Source: Barthelona sp. PAP020 (lineage: Eukaryota). From it: a stretch of DNA of 38,742 nucleotides. Under the pieces are notes generated by a model. It made no database searches, had not been told where the DNA came from, and was given only the letters and a program-made list of their open reading frames with translations. Positions 31,598 to 38,742 of the stretch are shown piece by piece (position 1 is the first letter of the stretch; every line of letters starts with the position of its first letter). The stretch lies in contig JARQWU010000071.1 in assembly GCA_040182905.1 (NCBI GenBank), positions 1 through 38,742 of the forward strand. Direction: 5' to 3'. The position numbers and the translations under genes were made by a program.

Positions 31598-31994
31598 TAT
31601 TGTTTTGATAATAGCATGAATATTTGTTTAAATATTTATTATTTTTTGTTATTTTTTATATGTGTAACTGTTTTCGAAATAAATTTTATCAAATTGATAT
31701 CTTTGAAAATTTTTCGCACATTTAATTTGAAATTATATTTTTGGTTTGTTATTGAATGCAAAATATTGTATTATATGATATATTTCCCAATAAAAATGTT
31801 CAAAACCCGTTTATTTATTTATTTTTTTCATTTTGAATTATTGATTTTTCCATTAAAAAAATGTATATTTGTTAGATATCTGATGTGATTTGATGATTTT
31901 TAATGCATTTCAATCATTAAAAGGAAAATCATTTTGTAAATATCTTTGTTATTTTTTACAGGAAGTAGATAGCTACTAAAAATTTATTAAACCA

Positions 31995-32636
31995 ATGAAT
32001 CTTCCACAACCAGAGGTTTCCGTACCTCTAGAACATGTATTAATGCAAAGAAAATCTCGAAGAGAATTTTCCAAAATACCCATTTCTATTCAAATAATTT
32101 CAAATATTCTATGGGTAGCATATGGATTGTTGGATAAAAATAACTTAAAACATCATACTGTACCATCAGCAGGTGCTTTATATCCGCTAGAATTATTTGT
32201 ATTAATTTCATTTGACTCTGAATTAGATTCTCATTCAAAATTTTATGAAACAATTCCGAACGGCCTGTATTTATACCATCCGGAAACACATTCATTGGAA
32301 CTGTTTGACATGAAACAAACTGATAGTTATATTCAACATGAACTCTGTAAAAGTGCATTGGGTCAAAGATCGATTGATAATGCAGGTATGGTCATCACCA
32401 TTGTGTCGAATTTACCAAAGATGTCTTGTAAATATAAAACTCGCGCAATTCAATACAGTTTTATTGAAAGTGGTCATTTGGCTCAAAACATATATTTACT
32501 TCTGTCATCATATGAAGAAATTGGATGTGTTGAAATTGGTGCGTTTAAAGACAATGATGTACTTGAAGTTTTGGAATTAGAAGAAGATAAATATCTGCCT
32601 CTGTTGATGTTGGCGGTTGGGAACATTGTTAAATAG
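31995..32636 (+). CDS. FMN-dependent nitroreductase-superfamily protein, SagB/ThcOx-like
   Basis: RKSRREFS, SNILWVAYG, HTVPSAGALYPLELF, GLYLYHPETHSL, ESGHLAQNIYL, GCVEIGAFKDNDV, PLLMLAVG are characteristic of the stand-alone SagB/ThcOx subgroup. Confidence 0.92.
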   Translation: MNLPQPEVSVPLEHVLMQRKSRREFSKIPISIQIISNILWVAYGLLDKNNLKHHTVPSAGALYPLELFVLISFDSELDSHSKFYETIPNGLYLYHPETHSLELFDMKQTDSYIQHELCKSALGQRSIDNAGMVITIVSNLPKMSCKYKTRAIQYSFIESGHLAQNIYLLLSSYEEIGCVEIGAFKDNDVLEVLELEEDKYLPLLMLAVGNIVK

Positions 32637-32833
32637 CCTCAATTGGAGTTTTTCAAAAAAATTTTCTTTTTTTCTTTTTTTTTTTTTAACAGAATGATTT
32701 AACAAGTATTTTTTATTGACATATTATAAATGAAAAAAATTATTTTTTTTGGAAGATAAAAATATTTACATCTGAAAATTTGGAGATGAATTTTTTGAAC
32801 AAGTTTGGATTTTTGACGATTTTTTCTTTGATG

Positions 32834-33048
32834 CAATTTATACTCTTAGGATCATATACTCCTTAAGTATGAATCTTATCTTGTTTCTTAATTGACAAGT
32901 TTTAAACCTTGGAAGATTATTTGCAGCCATACTTTCTGAACGTGAAGTGTACATCATCATTTTTTGATAGATGTTTTGATGACCGTATGTTTGTTGAAGG
33001 ATTAATTTCTTGATTCAAACATAGATTGTATGGCACTATGACGGGGCT
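32834..33048 (+). ncRNA. U3: U3 small nucleolar RNA (box C/D)
   Basis: Boxes occur in canonical order: A'/A TACTCTTAGGATCAT (32841-32855), C' GGAAGA (32911-32916), B GAACGTGAAG (32938-32947), C TGATGA (32977-32982), D-like ATGA (33038-33041). Supporting stems: GCCATAC (32926-32932) with GTATGGC (33028-33034); ACATC-ATCA/TGAT-A-GATGT hairpin between B and C; TATGTTTG/CAAACATA hairpin after C; terminal CCTTG/CGGGG. Length about 215 nt; ends approximate. Confidence 0.88.
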
Positions 33049-33213
33049 TTTGCATTCTTTTTCAATCATAATTAAATAATAAATTGAAATGACAGTGTTT
33101 TTAAGGTTCTTTTTTTTATTATTATGGTGAAATTTCCAGAAAAATGTTCCGCCGTGGATTCAATCAGGCTTCAAAAAAAGAAAAACAATAAACAAAAAAA
33201 TTGTTACAAATAT

Positions 33214-33882
33214 TTATTTTAAAAACATGGCAACACTCATTAAATCTTCTTTGCTAAGCATTGCCATTTGTTGACCGTTGCTAAATCTGGCATGTAAAGA
33301 TTGAACAAGACAAGTCAAAATGCAAACGTTAACAAAAGAAAGATAATCAATAGTCATCATGTTATTTCTGACATATAATCGGATTAAATTCTGACAAGTA
33401 AGAGGACTAACAACAAATCCAACAGTAGCTAGAGCTTGACCAAGCATGGAGGCTTGAATACCCATTCCTGTGGGATCAAATTGAGTATACACACTACGAA
33501 TACGAGTGATAAATCTATCCATCATAGCAAACTCATTAAAATCGATTGTTCCATTATCTGTGTCAAATATTCTGATTAACATTCTTGCAGATTCTTCAGA
33601 AAATCTAGAAGTAGAATTCGAAAAGGCTTGAACTAATTCTGAAACACCAACACTACCAGAACCATCAGTATCAATCATTTGAAACTTTTGTTGGAGAACC
33701 ATCATTTCTTGGGGTTGATAGCCACCAAAAATATTAGTCATGAATTGATTTGGATCAAATCTTTGACGCATTTGATTAAAAGCTTGTTGTTGTTGTTGAT
33801 AATATTGTTGTTGTCCCATCATATTCATGGGTTGATTTTGCATATTTACAGCATATGCATTTGGTTGATGTTGAAAATTCAT
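33214..33882 (-). CDS. Penta-EF-hand calcium-binding protein (peflin/ALG-2/sorcin-like)
   Basis: Q/M/N-rich N-terminal low-complexity region, EF loop DTDGSGSVGVSE, FSEESARMLIRIFDTDNGTIDFNEF, then degenerate EF3-EF5. Confidence 0.85.
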   Translation of the reverse strand: MNFQHQPNAYAVNMQNQPMNMMGQQQYYQQQQQAFNQMRQRFDPNQFMTNIFGGYQPQEMMVLQQKFQMIDTDGSGSVGVSELVQAFSNSTSRFSEESARMLIRIFDTDNGTIDFNEFAMMDRFITRIRSVYTQFDPTGMGIQASMLGQALATVGFVVSPLTCQNLIRLYVRNNMMTIDYLSFVNVCILTCLVQSLHARFSNGQQMAMLSKEDLMSVAMFLK

Positions 33883-34204
33883 GATGAATACACAAAATGA
33901 AAAAAAAATTGGGAATTGTTTGATGTCAAAACAGGAATTGTCTTGGAAAACCTTTTCGTTTCTTTTTTTCGTAAAAAATCCCTAAAGACTGATTATTTTA
34001 GTTTCAAAAGATCTGAAAATAATGGAATTAAAAAAAAAAAGATTCTTCTGAAAAAATTTCCTAAAACCACTGACAGAAGTTTTAGATTCAATTTATGCAT
34101 TGACAATAATATTATAAGGATCGATTGAAACATTTCAAATTGCTTGAAATGTTTTGAAATGCAATCTTGAAGAAAAAAAAAGGAAATATGGAAATACACT
34201 ACAA

Positions 34205-36073
34205 CTAATTTATTTTAAAAGTTTTTTTATTTTTTGATAAGGTCCTTGATATATTTTTTGAATTGTTAGATACAGGAGGTGGTGCAGGTATTGTTTGAAG
34301 ATCCATGTTCATTGAAAGTGACTCCACTTGTTTTCTTAAAAATAACAATTCACTGGTTAACTGTTGTTTTTGAGCAGCTTCTTTTTTATATTTCTCTTTC
34401 AAATTAAATAATTCCTCATCTTTCTTTGCAATTAAAGATTTTAAATCCGCTAAACTTTCTTGAAAAATTTGAAGGGTATCAGTAGTTTCCGTATTTTTTT
34501 GTTCAATAAACCTTTCTTTTTGTTCAATAGTGTTTTGTAAATTCTCTTTTTCACTTGAAATTACTTCAACAGCAATCATTTCAACTTTCAAATCTGAAAT
34601 TTCGTTTTCCAATTTTTCGATAATTTTGAACTGTTTGTAAAGATCCATTTCTAAGTTTTCGCTTTTTGTTTTGTAAGTTAGAATTTTGGCATCTGCTTTT
34701 CTTAGGTTTTCAGTCAATCGATCGATTTTACTTTTAGTTTCTTCATTTTGTTGAATATTTTGATGTTTCGAGGATTTGATAATTGATAATTGAGTCTTTA
34801 AATGATTTATCTCTTCAGATGTCTCTTTTTCAAGTATATTGTACAATTTTGCTTGCTCTTGAATCTCAGCATTAGTTTCATCTTTTAGTTTTGAATACCT
34901 TTCCTTCCAATGATTTATATGTTCTTCAATTTCTCCTTCATATTTATTCATCAATAATCTGTGTTCATCAGCACTTTTCAAACGAGCTGTAGTGGCATCT
35001 CTCAATCGTTCAGATAATTTTCGATTTTTTTGTTGAAGAATTAAGATTTCACAACTAACATTTTCTTGATTTGCACTTTTTAATTGCTCAATTTGAGTCT
35101 TTAAGCCGGTAACATTAACTTGAAGGTCAACATTTTCATTCTTCACTGCAATTAATTGTTTTGATGTGTCTCTTAACCGTTGTTTCAAATCAACGAAACG
35201 TGCAGTCATTTCTTCAGTTTGATCAATGACTTTTCTTTCTAATTTTTGAATGGTCTTATCCTTCGTAACAATCATAAAATCAGAATTATTTTTGTAACTT
35301 CCCAATTCTTCTTCTTTGGCGGCAATTTCATCCTGTAATCGTTCAACCATACTTTTGGACCTTGTTAATTGTAATCTTAATTCTTCAATGGTTTTATCCT
35401 TTTGAACTAACTTATTTTCAAACGCAACAGTCTGATAGTGTGTTGACTCATGCCTTGTATTTAACATTCTATACTCGTGTTGAGTGAATTCCAGTTTTTC
35501 AATTAGATTGGAATTGCGCTTTTCTAATTTTGTAATTCGGGGTAATATATTATCTGAAACTTTTCGAAGATAATTGGAGAACATCGAAAATTCTTGTTGT
35601 AACACAGAAGATGAGCGTGTACGTAAAACTACAATGTCTTCTTGCATCTTTCTTAAACTTGTTTTATTATTTTGTAACTCATTAACTTTTCCAATCAAAC
35701 TGTTTCTTGAACTTCGAATAGTTTCTAATTGTTCCGTCAAATTTTCAATTTTCAATTGCAATGATTCAACAACTTCTTTATGTCTCACTTGTGATTCATA
35801 CATCATTTTACTTAAGTTCTCATTGTCGTCTTCCAATTTATGAAATGCTTTATATTGTAAATTAAATTGATCATTCGAAATTTTCAAATCACTTTCAAGA
35901 TTTCTTATCCGAATTTTCATTTCATCTATCGATGTTTCTTCGTATTCCCTTATTTTTTCATTTAATTTTTGAATTTCTTGTTTTTGGCTTGAAATTTCAC
36001 TATACATGTCATAAGATAATCCACAAAAACTACAAATCGTTCCTGGTGGTACTAAAGTATCATTTGTGGTCAT
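34205..36073 (-). CDS. Long coiled-coil protein, possibly LEKR1-like
   Basis: N-terminal ICSFCGLSY recalls the CxxCGxSY motif of LEKR1; the rest is E/K/L-rich heptad coiled coil. The CDS is firm, the family tentative. Confidence 0.7.
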   Translation of the reverse strand: MTTNDTLVPPGTICSFCGLSYDMYSEISSQKQEIQKLNEKIREYEETSIDEMKIRIRNLESDLKISNDQFNLQYKAFHKLEDDNENLSKMMYESQVRHKEVVESLQLKIENLTEQLETIRSSRNSLIGKVNELQNNKTSLRKMQEDIVVLRTRSSSVLQQEFSMFSNYLRKVSDNILPRITKLEKRNSNLIEKLEFTQHEYRMLNTRHESTHYQTVAFENKLVQKDKTIEELRLQLTRSKSMVERLQDEIAAKEEELGSYKNNSDFMIVTKDKTIQKLERKVIDQTEEMTARFVDLKQRLRDTSKQLIAVKNENVDLQVNVTGLKTQIEQLKSANQENVSCEILILQQKNRKLSERLRDATTARLKSADEHRLLMNKYEGEIEEHINHWKERYSKLKDETNAEIQEQAKLYNILEKETSEEINHLKTQLSIIKSSKHQNIQQNEETKSKIDRLTENLRKADAKILTYKTKSENLEMDLYKQFKIIEKLENEISDLKVEMIAVEVISSEKENLQNTIEQKERFIEQKNTETTDTLQIFQESLADLKSLIAKKDEELFNLKEKYKKEAAQKQQLTSELLFLRKQVESLSMNMDLQTIPAPPPVSNNSKNISRTLSKNKKTFKIN

Positions 36074-36144
36074 CTAAATTATAAAAAAATTTGAAGAACA
36101 TTTTTTTTTTTTGATGTTGAATAGATAATGTAATAATACAAATT

Positions 36145-37059
36145 ATGTCCAATAATAGAATAACAAATAATCAAATTACACTGAAAGATTTATGTAGAAG
36201 TGATCAACAAAAAATTCGTGAATTATTAAATGAAGTAGTCAGACAAAATTCTTTAAATAAAACATTACAAAGTGAAATTGTTAAATTAACAAATGAATTA
36301 AGCAAATATAAATCAAAGGTTGTGACTGTTGACAATTTTGTTCAAACAATCAATGAAACCAGTGAAGCTGCTTCACAAACTAATTTAAAAATTACTAAAG
36401 AGATCTTTACACAATCAATTAGTACTGAACAAAACGACGTATCTATTCAAAATGATGAATATGATGAACCAGTAGATTTTTCAATGATGGATTGTGCTAC
36501 CCAAACTTTACCACCTTCACCTCATAAATTATCAACTGAAAGTTTTAATTTCTCAATGGAACCAAGCATACTGTCTGAAGAATCATTTTTGAGTCAATCT
36601 GGGATATTGATGGAAACACAGAAACCACAAGAACAAAACCCAACATCAATTACCGAGCTTTCTCATTTATTAGTTAATAAGAAAGATAATCGAGAGTGTT
36701 TGGATGATTTTTCTACTTTAGATCTTTCAGTTTCAGACCTTCAAACATATACACCGCCCAATAAAGAATCGGTATCATTTCAACCAGATGTTGATTTATC
36801 CAACATTTCGAATAAAAAAGCAATTTTGGTTGAAGAACATCATAATGTGGAGGATGTTGTTTCATTGAAGACAATGATCACGGAATTGAATAAAAATTTG
36901 AGTAATATTTATCAATTGAACAGTAAAAGTGTTTCTGAAAGTATTTCAACAGACCATAATAATGAAACAATTGAATATTCAAATATTCCACATTTTGATG
37001 AATTTTCGGTGGCTTCACTTGTAGATTTAATTGATTTTATTGATGAACAAGATTATTGA
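36145..37059 (+). CDS. Hinderin (KIAA1328)-motif protein with coiled-coil N-terminus and acidic/S-rich tail
   Basis: ITLKDLCRSDQQKIRELLNEVVR resembles the hinderin motif LKDLCxEDKxxIxxLIxEL; followed by short xxTQT/xxSQT-type repeats. Family tentative. Confidence 0.65.
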   Translation: MSNNRITNNQITLKDLCRSDQQKIRELLNEVVRQNSLNKTLQSEIVKLTNELSKYKSKVVTVDNFVQTINETSEAASQTNLKITKEIFTQSISTEQNDVSIQNDEYDEPVDFSMMDCATQTLPPSPHKLSTESFNFSMEPSILSEESFLSQSGILMETQKPQEQNPTSITELSHLLVNKKDNRECLDDFSTLDLSVSDLQTYTPPNKESVSFQPDVDLSNISNKKAILVEEHHNVEDVVSLKTMITELNKNLSNIYQLNSKSVSESISTDHNNETIEYSNIPHFDEFSVASLVDLIDFIDEQDY

Positions 37060-37348
37060 CCATTTTTTCTTTTTTGTTATGTAAAGTATGAAAATTTTCT
37101 TTTTCTTTGGAATTATTTCCTTTTAATATATTTATACTCAAAAATTGTGTTATTTGAGGATTTTTTTTTAGATTTCTTTTGAATCCGATCGTAAATCAAT
37201 ATTTTTTATTTAATATAAAACTGTTGAAAATTCCTTCTATTGAGTCTTTAAAAGTGTTTTGGGGCAAAACATTGAAAAAGAAGCCGTTTTGTTTTGATAT
37301 TTTTTTTCAAAAAAGAATAAACTCAAACAATTTTTTTTTTTTGAAATA

Positions 37349-38391
37349 ATGAGTGATTCAGGCGTATGTTTTCACAGAAAAATTATTCTAATGTTTAGGT
37401 TTATACCTTTTTGCGTATTAAATTTGTTTCTGGTCAAACTATGATTCGAGTTCATAAGACCGCAACAGCTGAACAAATTATAGAACATATTTGTGAGCTC
37501 AAGGAAATTACTGAGCCAACAAATACTTTTGGTTTGTATGAATTAAAGCCTGAAGGTCCTGTTGTTCTTCACAAAAATGCCACTCCTTGTTCTTTAATTA
37601 ATCGTTATCAAAAGAATGAAGCATTTTTATTGTTTGAAAAAAGATATTTTATGACACCTGGTGAACCCATACAATGTCCTTCTACTCGTATTTTTGTATA
37701 TGAACAATCTCGTGTTGACGTTGTTACTAGTAAATATTTCTGTTCTGAAGAAGATGCTGTTCAATTGGCTGCTTTAACTGTTCAAGTCAATTTTGGGGAT
37801 CATCGTCCTGATTCTCATCAAGTTGGTTTGTTATCAAAGAAGATCGCTGACTATGTTCCTGTTAAGTTATTAGAGAATCATACTGTTCAAGAATGGGAGG
37901 AAATGATTTTGGAAAAACACAAAGAACTTGTTGGTGTTTCCAATGATGAAGCTAAGAAACAATATTTGGACATTTGTCGTTCTTGGCCTTGTTATGGTTG
38001 TGAATTTTTCCCAGCAAAGTATCAATCTGATGGAGACCGTTCTGAAGGTTTGCCTAAAGACATTTATTTAGCTGTAAGTGTTAATGGTATTCAAGTGTGT
38101 AACATGCAAAAAGAAATCGAACAAACTTTCATTTATGATGATATTATTTCATGGGGTACTTCACCCAAAACTTTTGTTTTCAGTTATGGAGACTCTCATG
38201 CAAGCAGAAGACATTCTTTTTCTACTAAAGAAGGTACAACAATTGCTCTTTTAGTTCAAGGATATGTTAATCTTATTATTTTGAAACTTCAAGGTGAGAA
38301 TAATGCTGTTGATGATATGGTTGATGATCCCGACTTTGGTGATGAGGATCCTGATAATTATGAATTCATTGAGGAGACTAAAGATGAATAA
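37349..38391 (+). CDS. Stand-alone FERM-domain protein, 2 exons (37349-37363, 37399-38391), 335 aa
   Basis: Splicing gives MSDSG|VYTFLRIKFVSGQ in frame with the ORF-track ORF. FERM motifs: FGLYE, YEQSRVDV...CSEEDAVQLAAL, AKKQYLDIC..WPCYGCEFF, LAVSVNGI, IISWG, IALLVQGYV; acidic tail. Confidence 0.92.
37364..37398 (+). other. 35-nt GT-AG spliceosomal intron
   Basis: GTATGT donor, TTCTAAT branch-point-like motif, TTTAG acceptor. Removal joins ATG 37349 in frame to the FERM ORF. Confidence 0.88.
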
Positions 38392-38575
38392 ATAAATAGT
38401 TTTTGTAAGTGTAAAATAATTTATTTTTTTTCTTGAGTAAAAGGTTTTTTTATCTATTTGTTCGAAAGTTTTTAGGTTTATCCTTGGCCAATAAAATGTG
38501 AAGTTAAAGGATTGGATTCTTTCAAAACAGAGGAAAATGTCGGACTTGTTTGTTTGTTGATTGTTTAAGTTAATC

Positions 38576-38742
38576 ATGTTTAAAAAGACATCGAAGAAGC
38601 TTGGTTCTTTCTTAAGTGAATCATTTACTTTAAAGAATGGGATGAAGACGAAGACTCAGAATTTGCCACTGAGTAAGAGTGATCCTGAGTTATATAGTTT
38701 ATTAAATCAAGAAATGAAACGTCAGAGTAACGGTTTAGAATT
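38576..38742 (+). CDS. SHMT: Serine hydroxymethyltransferase, 5' part (runs off window)
   Basis: Manual translation MFKKTSKKLGSFLSESFTLKNGMKTKTQNLPLSKSDPELYSLLNQEMKRQSNGLE matches the SHMT N-terminal pattern L...DPE....I..E..RQ..GLELIASEN. Confidence 0.85.
   Translation, partial: MFKKTSKKLGSFLSESFTLKNGMKTKTQNLPLSKSDPELYSLLNQEMKRQSNGLE

Noticed and set aside
31616..31888. 90-aa ORF in the gap after GPN2
   Set aside because: F/I/Y/L/K-rich translation of AT-rich intergenic DNA with no family signal.
33920..34017. TGATGT...CTGA pattern suggesting a box C/D snoRNA
   Set aside because: Imperfect C box, no terminal stem and no recognisable rRNA antisense element.
221..38577. Numerous short antisense or alternative-frame ORFs in the ORF track (e.g. 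221-574, 1422-1784, 14316-14807, 23595-24029, 27357-27800, 38251-38577)
   Set aside because: They overlap well-supported genes, often begin at TTG/GTG, and show no recognisable motifs; shadow ORFs.
1..38742. Alternative genetic code, CRISPR array, transposon or viral insertion
   Set aside because: All three stop codons terminate conserved genes at expected ends. No repeat-spacer arrays, transposase/RT/capsid motifs or terminal repeats were seen; poly-A/T runs are ordinary intergenic tracts.

Overview
Strongly AT-rich, gene-dense, nearly intron-free eukaryotic (protist) DNA read with the standard code (TAA, TAG and TGA all end well-conserved genes). It holds 19 complete protein genes and the start of a 20th. 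In order: ER DnaJ, ER Hsp70-family GRP170/HYOU1 (HDEL), a hypothetical protein, degenerate glycogen phosphorylase, DEAD-box helicase (DDX27/Drs1-like), WDR17, MCM3, a compact Snu114/EFTUD2, SLC35F6-like transporter, a short divergent SMC, AAAP amino-acid transporter, P5B-ATPase, GH30 glucosylceramidase, GPN2-like GTPase, prokaryote-type SagB/ThcOx nitroreductase, penta-EF-hand protein, LEKR1-like coiled-coil, hinderin-like protein, a stand-alone FERM protein with one 35-nt intron, and the 5' end of SHMT. Not in the ORF track: a U3 snoRNA gene at about 32834-33048 with non-canonical boxes, the FERM intron, and SHMT. The host being a flagellated, possibly anaerobic (metamonad-like) protist is inference only. 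No mobile element, CRISPR array or multi-gene novel system is evident. The best leads are the U3 snoRNA, a probable phosphorylase pseudoenzyme, the odd SMC, the minimal Snu114 and the candidate laterally acquired nitroreductase.
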